The notes below the pieces were generated by a model. It was not told the DNA's origin and did not search any database. It saw nothing but the letters and a program-made list of their open reading frames with translations. From an uncultured Alphaproteobacteria bacterium (lineage in GTDB: Bacteria; Pseudomonadota; Alphaproteobacteria; Rhizobiales; Xanthobacteraceae), in assembly GCA_963794225.1 (NCBI GenBank), contig CAWCCS010000002.1, forward strand, positions 815,547 to 879,546: 64,000 nucleotides of DNA. Reading direction: 5' to 3'. Positions 51,925 through 61,071 of the stretch are shown in pieces. The first letter of the stretch is position 1, and every line of letters starts with the position of its first letter. The translations under genes and the position numbers were made by a program.

Positions 51925-52892
51925 CCTATCGCGACGCCGTCATCCGCGGCATCGCCCAGGAGATGACGCGCGACCCTGACGTGGTGTTCCTCGGCGAGGA
52001 TGTCGCCAAAGCGGGCGGCGTGTTCAAGGCGACCGTCGGTTTATTCGAGCAGTTCGGTCCGGTGCGCGTGCGCGACACGCCGATCTCAGAGCAAGCGATC
52101 CTTGGGGCCGCAATGGGCGCCGCCATGACCGGATTGAAACCGATCGCCGAGATCATGTTCTCGGACTTCATCGCGGTATGCTTCGACTACATCGCCAATG
52201 AATTTTCCAAGAGCCGGTACATGACCAACGGCCAAGTGAAAGTCCCGCTCGTGGTGCGCACCGGCAATGGCGGCGGAGCGCGTTTCGGCGCCCAGCACTC
52301 ACAGAGCGTCGAGAACTGGTGCATGATGATTCCTGGGCTCAAGGTCGTGGCGCCATCCTCGCCGCGTGACGTGATCGGGCTGATGGCGGCCGCCGTACGC
52401 GATCCCGATCCGGTGATCTTTTTCGAGCACAAGTCCCTTTATGCCACCAAGGGCGACGTGCCGGACGGCGAGATCGTCGACACGCTCGGCACCGCAAAGA
52501 TCGTGCGCCCGGGCAAGGACGCGACCATTCTGGCGCTCGCTTTGATGGTGCCGCGGGCGCTGGCGGCGGCGGAAAAGCTCAAGAGCGAACACGGCATCGA
52601 TTGCGAAGTGATCGACGTGCGTTCGCTGGTGCCGCTGGATACACAGACGATCCTCGGTTCGGTCGCGCGCACGCACCGGCTGTTCACCGTCGAGGAGAAT
52701 CCGCGGCTGTGCGGCTGGGGCGCGGAGCTCGTGTCGATCGTCGCCGACGAAGCGTTCTACGATCTCGACGGACCGCTGGTGCGAATCACGACGCCGCACA
52801 TACCGCTGCCGTCGGCCGATATTCTGGAAGATCTGGCGCTGCCAAGCGTCGATCGCATCGCCGATCGCGTGCAACGCAGTCTCAACGGGTAA
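51912..52892 (+). CDS. 2-oxoacid/acetoin dehydrogenase E1 beta subunit
   Basis: Starts MAELTYRDAVIRGIAQEMTRDPDVVFLGEDVA...RVRDTPISEQAI (transketolase-like Pyr domain plus C-terminal domain). It overlaps E1 alpha by 13 nt. Confidence 0.9.
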   Translation: MAELTYRDAVIRGIAQEMTRDPDVVFLGEDVAKAGGVFKATVGLFEQFGPVRVRDTPISEQAILGAAMGAAMTGLKPIAEIMFSDFIAVCFDYIANEFSKSRYMTNGQVKVPLVVRTGNGGGARFGAQHSQSVENWCMMIPGLKVVAPSSPRDVIGLMAAAVRDPDPVIFFEHKSLYATKGDVPDGEIVDTLGTAKIVRPGKDATILALALMVPRALAAAEKLKSEHGIDCEVIDVRSLVPLDTQTILGSVARTHRLFTVEENPRLCGWGAELVSIVADEAFYDLDGPLVRITTPHIPLPSADILEDLALPSVDRIADRVQRSLNG

Positions 52893-52899
52893 GTCATCA

Positions 52900-53262
52900 G
52901 TGGAGGAAAACGTGGCAGAGCAGAAAGTGGCTGAGCGAAACGTTGCATCCGAACCGACCCGCGAAAATCCGAGTGGACCGATCGGCACCGAAGTTCTGTT
53001 CGAGAACGACCAGGTGCGGGTGTGGGACATGAAAGTCCCGGCCGGCGGCAAGAAGGCGTGGCATCACCACAAGCTCGATTACGTCATCATCAACGTCACC
53101 GGCGGCAAGATCGAGCTTGAGAACGTGGACGGCCACACCATCATCGCTGACGACAAAGTCGGCGGCGTGATCTGGAACGATGCTGGCCAGAAGCACGAGC
53201 TGCGCAACTTAAGCGGCGGGCTCTATCAGAACATCCTTGTCGAGCTGAAAAACGGCAAGTGA
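52900..53262 (+). CDS. Small cupin-domain protein
   Basis: 120 aa with VRVWDMKVPAGGKKAWHHHKLDYVIINVTGG...GQKHELRN (His-rich cupin motifs). It starts 7 nt after E1 beta. Confidence 0.65.
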   Translation: MEENVAEQKVAERNVASEPTRENPSGPIGTEVLFENDQVRVWDMKVPAGGKKAWHHHKLDYVIINVTGGKIELENVDGHTIIADDKVGGVIWNDAGQKHELRNLSGGLYQNILVELKNGK

Positions 53263-53299
53263 ATTCCTTAAGCGCGTAACGCGGACAGGATTGAGTGCC

Positions 53300-54757
53300 A
53301 TGGCCATGTACGACAATCTCCTCGCCAACGTTCCGACCGATCTTTGGATTGGCGGCAAGTGGCGCAAATCGTCGGACGGCGCCCGTTTCGACGTGATCGA
53401 CCCGGCGACGGAGAACAAAGTCGCTTCGGTAGCCAGCGCCACCGTCGAAGATGCCAAGGCCGCACTCGATGCCGCGCAGGCCGCCTTCCCCGGCTGGGCC
53501 GCCAAGAAGCCGCGTGAGCGCGGCGAGATTTTGCGCAAGGCGTTCGAACTAATCATGCGCGATGCGGAACGGCTGGCGAAGCTCATCACCATCGAGAACG
53601 GCAAGGCGCTGTCGGACTCGCGCGGCGAGGTCGCCTATTCGGCCGAATTCTTCCGCTGGTTCGCCGAAGAGGCGGTGCGCAATATCGGGCAAAATTCGGT
53701 GGCGCCGGCGACCGGCGCGCGCATCCTCGTCCATCACAAGCCCGCCGGCATCGCGGTATTGGTGACGCCATGGAATTTTCCCGCCGCGATGGCGACCCGC
53801 AAGATCGGTCCCGCGCTCGCCGCCGGCTGTTCGGTGGTGCTCAAGCCCGCGTCCGACACACCGCTCACCATGCTCGCGTTGATGCCGATCCTCGAAGAGG
53901 CCGGCGTGCCGCCCGGCGTCGTCAACGTCATTCCCTCGCGCTCGTCAGGCAAAGTCGTCGGCGCGATGCTCCACGATCCGCGGGTGCGCGTGGTGTCGTT
54001 CACCGGCTCGACCGAAGTCGGACGAAAGCTGCTGCGCGAAGCCGCCGACAACATCATCCGGCCGGCGATGGAGCTCGGCGGCAATGCGCCGTTCATTGTG
54101 TTCGACGACGCCGACATTGATGCGGCGATCGACGGCGCCATGATCGCGAAGATGCGCAACATGGGCGAAGCCTGCACCGCGGCGAACCGGTTCTATGTGC
54201 ATGAAAAAATCCACGACGAGTTCGCCAAGAAGCTCACCGCCAAGATGTCGGGCCTGAAGATGGGCAACGGGCTCGATGACGGCGTGGCGCTGGGCCCGCT
54301 GGTCAACAAGGAAGGGCGCGACAAGGTGATCGAGCTGGTCGACGACGCCGTGCAGAAGGGCGCCAAAGTCCTGACCGGGGGCAAGACGCCCGACGGACCC
54401 GGGTTCTTTTATCCGGCCACCGTGCTCTCGAACGTGTCCGACGACGCAAAAATGCTCAACGAGGAAATCTTCGGTCCGGTCGCGTCGTTGCAGACGTTCA
54501 AGTCGGAGGACGAGGTCGTCACCCGCGCCAACGACACCGAGTATGGGCTGGTTGCGTATCTCTACACCAAGGATCTCAGCAAAGGGCTGCGCGTGTCGGA
54601 GAAGCTCGACTTCGGCATGATTGGACTAAACCGCGGCATCGTCTCCGATCCCGCTGCACCGTTCGGCGGGATGAAGCAATCGGGCCTCGGCCGCGAAGGC
54701 GGGCACGAAGGTTTGATGGAGTTTCTGGATACGCAATACGTATCGGTGACCTGGTGA
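53300..54757 (+). CDS. NAD(P)-dependent aldehyde dehydrogenase, succinate-semialdehyde dehydrogenase-like
   Basis: It has the ALDH-family motifs VTPWNFP, MELGGNAPFIVF and the catalytic Cys context NMGEACTAANR. The ATG at 53300 is preferred over the TTG at 53291. Confidence 0.9.
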   Translation: MAMYDNLLANVPTDLWIGGKWRKSSDGARFDVIDPATENKVASVASATVEDAKAALDAAQAAFPGWAAKKPRERGEILRKAFELIMRDAERLAKLITIENGKALSDSRGEVAYSAEFFRWFAEEAVRNIGQNSVAPATGARILVHHKPAGIAVLVTPWNFPAAMATRKIGPALAAGCSVVLKPASDTPLTMLALMPILEEAGVPPGVVNVIPSRSSGKVVGAMLHDPRVRVVSFTGSTEVGRKLLREAADNIIRPAMELGGNAPFIVFDDADIDAAIDGAMIAKMRNMGEACTAANRFYVHEKIHDEFAKKLTAKMSGLKMGNGLDDGVALGPLVNKEGRDKVIELVDDAVQKGAKVLTGGKTPDGPGFFYPATVLSNVSDDAKMLNEEIFGPVASLQTFKSEDEVVTRANDTEYGLVAYLYTKDLSKGLRVSEKLDFGMIGLNRGIVSDPAAPFGGMKQSGLGREGGHEGLMEFLDTQYVSVTW

Positions 54758-55173
54758 CGCTGACGGGCGCCTTGACCGGCTCTGAAGTGGCTAAGAAGTT
54801 GATCGGCGCCTGGCGCTACAAGGGCACGACGGTCGACGGCGAGAGATTTGATCGCGGTCCGAATCCAAAGGGCATGATCTATTACGGCCCGCACGGCGAA
54901 ATGTCGGTGCAGGTCGCACCCGATGTGAAGCGCAAGCGGGCCGGTGCAGTGATGACGCCGGAAGAAGCCAAGATCGCGCTGACCGATTACATCGCTTACT
55001 TCGGCACCTACACCATCGACGAGCAAGCCGGAACCGTGACGCACCATCGCCAAGACACCGTCCAGCCAGGCGACGCCGGAGATCTGGTTCGCCGCTATGA
55101 ATTTGCCGGCGAGCGGCTTGTGCTACGCGGGCTCAATTCGACGCTGGAAGTCACTTGGGAACGGATCAAGTGA
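54754..55173 (+). CDS. Lipocalin-like domain protein
   Basis: 139 aa with LIGAWRYKG...GMIYYGPHGEMSVQV...YIAYFGTYTIDEQAGTVTHH...RRYEFAGERLVL. Its GTG overlaps the ALDH stop (GTGA). Confidence 0.65.
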   Translation: MTLTGALTGSEVAKKLIGAWRYKGTTVDGERFDRGPNPKGMIYYGPHGEMSVQVAPDVKRKRAGAVMTPEEAKIALTDYIAYFGTYTIDEQAGTVTHHRQDTVQPGDAGDLVRRYEFAGERLVLRGLNSTLEVTWERIK

Positions 55174-55195
55174 GCCGGCAGCGGGAAACTGTGCG

Positions 55196-56524
55196 ATGAA
55201 TATCCTGATGCCGCAGCTCGGTGAAACCGTCGCCGAGGGCAAGATCACCAAATGGTTCAAGTCGGCGGGCGACGCTGTCCAGCCCGGCGATAATCTGTTC
55301 GAGATCGAGACTGACAAGGTTTCGATGGAGGTGCCGGCGACCGAAGCCGGCGTGCTCAGCGAAATCCGCGTCTCCGAAGGCGAAATTGTGCCTGTCGGCG
55401 CTATTGTCGCCATCATTGGCGGCGCTGGCGCTACTGTTTCAAGCGCGCCCAAGCCCGCACCTGCGGCAGCGCAAGCCCCGAAGACGCCGGCGGCTCCCGT
55501 TACTGCTGCACCTGCGTCAAATCAAACCCCGCCACCTGCCGCGGCGCCGCAGAAACCAATCAAGCTTGATCCGTTTTTCGAGGTGCGCACGCCTGCGCGC
55601 AACTTCGGACCGGCGCGGCTTTCCGGCGGCATTACCGTTACCCCGCTGGCGCGACGGCTCGCCACCGAAGCCGGTATCGATCTCTCACGGTTGCGCGGTT
55701 CCGGACCGCATGGCCGCATCGTCGCCCAAGATGTGGCAAGCGCACCGCGACCGGCTGCACATGCTGCAATCTCCGAAGGACCGGGGGCCGAACAGGTCAA
55801 GGCGCTCTACGAGCCGGGAAGCTATCAGGAAATTCCGCTCGACGGCATGCGCAAGACCATTGCGGCGCGGCTGACGCAGGCGAAGCAGACCATCCCGCAT
55901 TTCTATCTGACCGCCGACATCACGATCGATCGCCTGATCGCGGTGCGCGAAGAAGCCAATGCCGCTGCGCCCAAGGATCGCGACGGCAATCCGGCGTTCA
56001 AGCTCTCGGTCAACGATTTCATCATCCGCGCGCTGGCGCTCGCGCTGCAGCGCGTACCGGCGGCGAACGCAGCCTGGGCAGGCGATCGCATTCTGCGTCT
56101 CACCCATTCCGACATCGGCGTTGCGGTCGCCATTGAGGGCGGTTTGATTGCGCCGATCATCCGCAGCGCGGAAGCGAAATCGCTCACCGCGATCTCGGCA
56201 GAAATGAAGGATTTGGCGTCGCGGGCGCGTGACAAAAAGCTGAAGCCTGCCGATTACCAGGGGGGCTCGTCGGCAATCTCCAATCTCGGCATGTACGGCG
56301 TGCGTGAATTTTCCGCCATCATCAACCCGCCGCAGGCGACGATTCTTGCCGTCGGCGCCGCGCGCCGCCAAGCGGTCGAGAAAGCTGACGGCGGCGTCGC
56401 CTTCGCCAGCATGCTGACGGCGACGCTGTCCTGCGACCATCGCGTTGTTGATGGCGCGCTGGGCGCGGAGCTCCTGGCGGCGATCAAGACGTTGATCGAG
56501 ACGCCGGTGACGATGCTGGTGTGA
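55196..56524 (+). CDS. Dihydrolipoamide acyltransferase E2 (one lipoyl domain, PSBD, catalytic domain)
   Basis: Starts MNILMPQLGETVAEGKITKW with the lipoyl-Lys context IETDKVSMEV. An Ala/Pro linker follows, then the E3/E1-binding domain VTPLARRLATEAGIDLSRLRGSGPHGRI and the catalytic SCDHRVVDGA. Confidence 0.92.
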   Translation: MNILMPQLGETVAEGKITKWFKSAGDAVQPGDNLFEIETDKVSMEVPATEAGVLSEIRVSEGEIVPVGAIVAIIGGAGATVSSAPKPAPAAAQAPKTPAAPVTAAPASNQTPPPAAAPQKPIKLDPFFEVRTPARNFGPARLSGGITVTPLARRLATEAGIDLSRLRGSGPHGRIVAQDVASAPRPAAHAAISEGPGAEQVKALYEPGSYQEIPLDGMRKTIAARLTQAKQTIPHFYLTADITIDRLIAVREEANAAAPKDRDGNPAFKLSVNDFIIRALALALQRVPAANAAWAGDRILRLTHSDIGVAVAIEGGLIAPIIRSAEAKSLTAISAEMKDLASRARDKKLKPADYQGGSSAISNLGMYGVREFSAIINPPQATILAVGAARRQAVEKADGGVAFASMLTATLSCDHRVVDGALGAELLAAIKTLIETPVTMLV

Positions 56525-56532
56525 TCTAAGGA

Positions 56533-57507
56533 ATGGCTGCCGGCAAGTCCGAGGTGCTGCTGATCGGACCGTCACGTCCGGTCCTCTCCAAAGGGCTCAG
56601 CGGCTTCACCGTCCACTCCCTGCCCGCGGCGGCAAACCGTGACGTCTTTTTCGCCGAGTTCGCGCATTTACGCGCCGTCGCCGTAAGCGCACCGGTAGAG
56701 CCGGTCAACGACGTGCTGTTCGCGCGTTTGCCTAAGCTTCAGATCATTGCGAGTTTCGGTGTCGGCTACGACCACATCGACGTCAATGCCGCCGCGCGCC
56801 GCGGCATCGTGGTAACCCACACGCCCGATGTGCTGACCGAAGAGGTGGCCGACACCGCCATCGGCCTTCTTCTTTGCACCGTAAGGGAATTGCCGCAGGC
56901 CGAGCGCTATGTGCGCGCCGGCAAATGGCCTGCGGGCAATTATCCGCTGAGCCGGGCGACCTTGCGCAACCGCACCGTCGGTCTGGTCGGGATGGGCCGC
57001 ATTGGCGTGGCGATTGCGCGCAGGCTGGAAGCGTTCGGCGTGCCGATTGTCTACCATACGCGACGACCACGGCCGGAGCACGCCTATCGGCACTATCCAA
57101 AGCTCCTCGACATGGCGCGCGACGTCGACACGCTCATCGCCATCGTGCCGGGCGGCGCCGCGACCAAAAATATGATCGATACGCAGGTGCTTGAAGCACT
57201 CGGCCCCGATGGCATTTTTATCAATGTCGCCCGCGGCTCGGTGGTCGACGAGCCCGCTTTGGTGTCGGCGCTGCGCGAACGAAAGATCATGGCCGCTGGC
57301 CTCGACGTGTTCGTCAACGAGCCGCAGGTGCCGGAGGAATTGCTGGCGATGGACAACGTCGTGCTGCTGCCGCATCTCGGCTCAGCGTCAGTGTTCACGC
57401 GCGAGAAGATGGATCAGCTTTTGGTCGACAACATTCTCGCCTGGGCGGACGGCGAGCCGCCGCTTACCCCGGTTTCCGAGACGCCCTGGCGATCGTGGAA
57501 AGCTTAG
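56533..57507 (+). CDS. D-isomer-specific 2-hydroxyacid dehydrogenase (glyoxylate/hydroxypyruvate reductase-like)
   Basis: 324 aa with the NAD motif GLVGMGRIGVAIARRL. The catalytic block is INVARGSVVDE...LLPHLGSAS. Confidence 0.88.
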   Translation: MAAGKSEVLLIGPSRPVLSKGLSGFTVHSLPAAANRDVFFAEFAHLRAVAVSAPVEPVNDVLFARLPKLQIIASFGVGYDHIDVNAAARRGIVVTHTPDVLTEEVADTAIGLLLCTVRELPQAERYVRAGKWPAGNYPLSRATLRNRTVGLVGMGRIGVAIARRLEAFGVPIVYHTRRPRPEHAYRHYPKLLDMARDVDTLIAIVPGGAATKNMIDTQVLEALGPDGIFINVARGSVVDEPALVSALRERKIMAAGLDVFVNEPQVPEELLAMDNVVLLPHLGSASVFTREKMDQLLVDNILAWADGEPPLTPVSETPWRSWKA

Positions 57508-57513
57508 ATCTAA

Positions 57514-59127
57514 CTACTCCGCAGCGATGCGCACTTCCGGCGCGGCGGCCCGCACGTCGGCTTCGACGTGGTCTTCGAACTGGACGAAGTTCTTCTGGAA
57601 CATATCGACCAGCTTGCGTGCGGTCAGGTCGAACTCGAGTTTGTTCTGCCAGGTTTTTTGCGGATAGAGGAGATGCGGCTCAACCCCGGTCAGCTGCGTT
57701 GGCACCGAGAAGCCGAAATAGGGGTCGGTGCGGAATTTCGCATTCTTGAGCGAACCGTTCAGCGCGGCGGTGAGCAGCGTTCGCGTGACCTTGATCGGCA
57801 TACGCCGCCCGACACCGTAAATGCCACCGGTCCATCCGGTGTTTACCAGCCAGCAATCGACCTCGTGCGCGCTGATCAATTCGCGGAGCAGATTGCCGTA
57901 GACGGAAGGATGGCGCGGCAAGAACGGTGCGCCGAAGCAGGTGGAGAATTCCGGCTGCACACCGACGAGGCCCTTCTCGGTGCCGGCGACCTTGGCGGTA
58001 TAGCCGGACAGAAAGTGGTACATCGCCTGCGCCGGCGTCAGCTTGGCGATCGGCGGCATGACACCAAAGGCGTCCGCGGTCAGGAGCACGACGTTCCTGG
58101 GCATGCCGGCGCGGCCGGTGCGCGACGCGTTCGGGATGAATTCGAGCGGATACGCCGCGCGGGTGTTTTCAGTTTTTGATTCATCGTCGAAGTCGCAGAC
58201 GCGCGTATCGGGATCGAACACCACGTTCTCAAGCACCGTGCCGAAACGCTTCGTGGTGGCGTAAATCTCCGGCTCCGCTTCAGCGGAAAGCTTGATGCAC
58301 TTGGCATAGCAGCCGCCTTCGAAATTGAACACGCCCTGCGGCCCCCAGCCATGCTCGTCGTCACCGATGAGCGTGCGCATGGGATCGGCTGACAACGTCG
58401 TCTTGCCGGTGCCGGACAGACCAAAAAACAGCGCGACGTCGCCATCCGGGCCGACATTGGCGGAGCAGTGCATCGGCATCACGCTCTCGGCCGGCAGATA
58501 GTAGTTGAGCGTGGTGAACACCGATTTTTTCATCTCGCCGGCGTACGACGTGCCGCCGATCAGGATAATGCGCCGGGTGAAATCGATCGCGACGACCGTT
58601 TCACTGCGCACGCCGTGACGCTTTGGATCGGCCTTGAATGAAGGCAGCGACAGGATGGTGAAGTCAGGAACGTAGTGAGCAAGCTCGGCGCGCTCGGGCC
58701 GGATCAGCAGCGCGCGGATGAACATCGAATGCCAGGCGAGCTCGTTATAGACGCGGGTCTTGATGCGGTATCGCGGATCAGCGCCGCCGTAGAGGTCTTG
58801 CGCAAAAAGAGTTTTGCCCCGGGCGTGGGCAATGAAATCGTCGAACAACAACTGGAATTTTTCAGGCGAGAGGCGGCCGTTTTTCTCCCACCATACGGAT
58901 TTCTCGGTCTGTCCGTCAGCGACGACAAATTTATCTTTGGGACTGCGGCCGGTATGAACCCCGGTTTCAGCGCAGAACGCACCACCCTGGACCAAAAACC
59001 CTTCGCGATCAGCGATCGCATGTTCGACTAACGCAGTGTCGGGTAAATTCCAATGAATTGCGGCGAGATCTTTCAGCCCGAATTTTTCGGCCCCGTGGGC
59101 ACTATTTCGCAGACCCGTTTCTTTCAC
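57514..59127 (-). CDS. pckA: Phosphoenolpyruvate carboxykinase (ATP)
   Basis: Has the kinase-1a motif [13 protein letters not shown] and full-length PckA similarity. The likely GTG start at 59127 ([12 protein letters not shown]...) is preceded by GGAGG. The track start at 59208 adds 27 unlikely codons. Confidence 0.93.
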   Translation of the reverse strand: MKETGLRNSAHGAEKFGLKDLAAIHWNLPDTALVEHAIADREGFLVQGGAFCAETGVHTGRSPKDKFVVADGQTEKSVWWEKNGRLSPEKFQLLFDDFIAHARGKTLFAQDLYGGADPRYRIKTRVYNELAWHSMFIRALLIRPERAELAHYVPDFTILSLPSFKADPKRHGVRSETVVAIDFTRRIILIGGTSYAGEMKKSVFTTLNYYLPAESVMPMHCSANVGPDGDVALFFGLSGTGKTTLSADPMRTLIGDDEHGWGPQGVFNFEGGCYAKCIKLSAEAEPEIYATTKRFGTVLENVVFDPDTRVCDFDDESKTENTRAAYPLEFIPNASRTGRAGMPRNVVLLTADAFGVMPPIAKLTPAQAMYHFLSGYTAKVAGTEKGLVGVQPEFSTCFGAPFLPRHPSVYGNLLRELISAHEVDCWLVNTGWTGGIYGVGRRMPIKVTRTLLTAALNGSLKNAKFRTDPYFGFSVPTQLTGVEPHLLYPQKTWQNKLEFDLTARKLVDMFQKNFVQFEDHVEADVRAAAPEVRIAAE

Positions 59128-59300
59128 CCTCGCCTCCGCAACTCGCGTTACACCGCCATCGCCCGCCGGGGGTCGGGGCGCGCATTCGTATACCCAGCAT
59201 CTTAGCACGTGCCAAGACCGACTCCCACCGCACGCCTAACGGATCAATATCTCGGTGTGTTCCACGCTGCGATGCAGCAGAACACTCGCCTCTGCGGCTC

Positions 59301-59319
59301 AAAAAGGCAGCGCCTGCCT
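59301..59319 (-). terminator. Short intrinsic terminator after the HugZ-like gene
   Basis: The minus-sense sequence is AGGCAG-GCG-CTGCCT followed by a run of U (UUUUUGAGCC). It overlaps the TAG stop. Confidence 0.5.
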
Positions 59320-60181
59320 ACTTGGCACGCGCGGATTTTGCGAGATCGACAACGGTTTTGCGCATCTGCTCCGCCGTGGACACGCGCTCGGGAAAGAGCA
59401 GACGTTGCGTTGCATCGCCCAGCGCCAGATCAATGCCCTCCGGATCGATCCCGGTCAGCCGCCATGGTCCATCTTCCGCGCTGAGGAGTTTGGTGGCGTA
59501 GAGCCGCACCGCTTCGGCATGGTCCGCGTTCATATGCACAACTGCGCTTGCTTCGGCCTCGACCAAGTCTGCCGCGTCCGTGACATCCGTCAACAGATCA
59601 GAAGCTTTCAGATCGGCGGCGCGGCCAAAGCCGCCGTTGAGATGCGCGGAAACGACTTCAAGTTGCCAGAACGAGAAATCGGCGAAACCGGCGTAGAGCT
59701 CGGATTTCGGATGACGGGTAAGAAAGCGGCGGCGCAGCCGAGGTTCGCGCGCATCTTGACGTGCGACCGGCATGAAGGTGCCGAGCACGGTCAGGCGCGG
59801 ATAAGCGAGCGGATCGCCGCGGCCAACCGACGCAAAAAGCAACGACGCACGGCCGTCGTCTTCAAGATTGGCGGTATGGGTCGAAAGCCTGGATATTAAA
59901 ATTAACGGCGAGCCGTCGACATCAGTGGCAACGTTAACCAACGACGCAAACGGGTGCCCGGTATTGCGGTCGATGGTCGCAAGCGCGCTCGCCCGCGTGG
60001 TCCGCAACAGCGACTTGGCCAGTCCCCTGGCGTCGAAGTTCGCTGGCGGAGCGTTTTCCGGCAGCCGGTTCGGCATCAAACCCGGCAAAGGCACTGCGTC
60101 GTCGGCTTCGGTCACTTGTAGGGCTTCTCCGGCTCCAAAGGGCGCCATAGCAATTGCCCCGATTCCGCCTTGTCTCGTCAC
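59318..60181 (-). CDS. HugZ/HutZ-like pyridoxamine-5'-phosphate-oxidase-fold protein with DUF2470-type C-terminal domain
   Basis: Has the split-barrel N-terminal block (RASALATIDRNTGHPFASLVNVATDVDGSPLILISRLSTHTANL) and a C-terminal block (VVHMNADHAEAVRLY). The start is uncertain. Confidence 0.65.
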   Translation of the reverse strand: MTRQGGIGAIAMAPFGAGEALQVTEADDAVPLPGLMPNRLPENAPPANFDARGLAKSLLRTTRASALATIDRNTGHPFASLVNVATDVDGSPLILISRLSTHTANLEDDGRASLLFASVGRGDPLAYPRLTVLGTFMPVARQDAREPRLRRRFLTRHPKSELYAGFADFSFWQLEVVSAHLNGGFGRAADLKASDLLTDVTDAADLVEAEASAVVHMNADHAEAVRLYATKLLSAEDGPWRLTGIDPEGIDLALGDATQRLLFPERVSTAEQMRKTVVDLAKSARAK

Positions 60182-60265
60182 ACTTCCGCCCCTACATGGG
60201 TTTTCAAAGGCTTACGGGGCCGGGGCAAAGTGACGCTTGCGGCCGACTCATGTTAGAAAGCCGCC

Positions 60266-60961
60266 ATGCCGACAATCGCTCTGGTCGATGACGATCGCAA
60301 CATCCTGACCTCGGTGTCGATAGCGCTTGAGGCCGAAGGCTATCGGATCACGACCTATACCGACGGCGCCTCGGCACTCGACGGCTTCAAGAGTGCTCCG
60401 CCGGACCTCGCCATCCTCGACATCAAGATGCCGCGTATGGACGGCATGGAGACGTTGCGCCGGCTGCGGCAAAAATCCGACCTCCCAGTCATCTTTCTAA
60501 CGTCGAAGGATGAGGAAATAGACGAGTTATTCGGCCTCAAAATGGGGGCCGACGACTTCATCCGCAAACCATTTTCGCAGCGGCTCCTGGTCGAGCGGGT
60601 CAAAGCGGTCTTACGCCGCGTTTCGGCGAAGGATGGCGTTACGCCGAAGGAAGCTGACAGCAAAGTTCTGGAGCGCGGATTGCTCCGCATGGACCCGGAA
60701 CGCCATACCTGCACCTGGAAGAACGAGCCGGTGACGTTGACCGTCACCGAATTTCTGATCCTCCATGCCTTGGCGAGCCGGCCTGGGGTAGTGAAAAGCC
60801 GCAACGCGTTGATGGACGCCGCCTACGACGATCAGGTTTACGTGGACGACCGCACCATCGACAGTCACATCAAACGCTTGCGCAAAAAATTCAAGGCGAG
60901 CGACGTGGAATTTGATATGATTGAGACGCTGTACGGCGTCGGCTATCGTTTTAAGGAATAG
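60266..60961 (+). CDS. chvI: OmpR-family response regulator ChvI
   Basis: Starts [34 protein letters not shown]...[14 protein letters not shown]. The winged helix ends in [12 protein letters not shown]. Confidence 0.93.
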   Translation: MPTIALVDDDRNILTSVSIALEAEGYRITTYTDGASALDGFKSAPPDLAILDIKMPRMDGMETLRRLRQKSDLPVIFLTSKDEEIDELFGLKMGADDFIRKPFSQRLLVERVKAVLRRVSAKDGVTPKEADSKVLERGLLRMDPERHTCTWKNEPVTLTVTEFLILHALASRPGVVKSRNALMDAAYDDQVYVDDRTIDSHIKRLRKKFKASDVEFDMIETLYGVGYRFKE

Positions 60962-61071
60962 GCGCAGCATTTGCGCCAGGGTCTTGGACTGCAGAAGTAG
61001 ACTCATGACCCCTGACTGGGCGGCTGACGTGCGGTAGTAATAACGTCCGGCTCACACCGTAAAGGTGAGAG

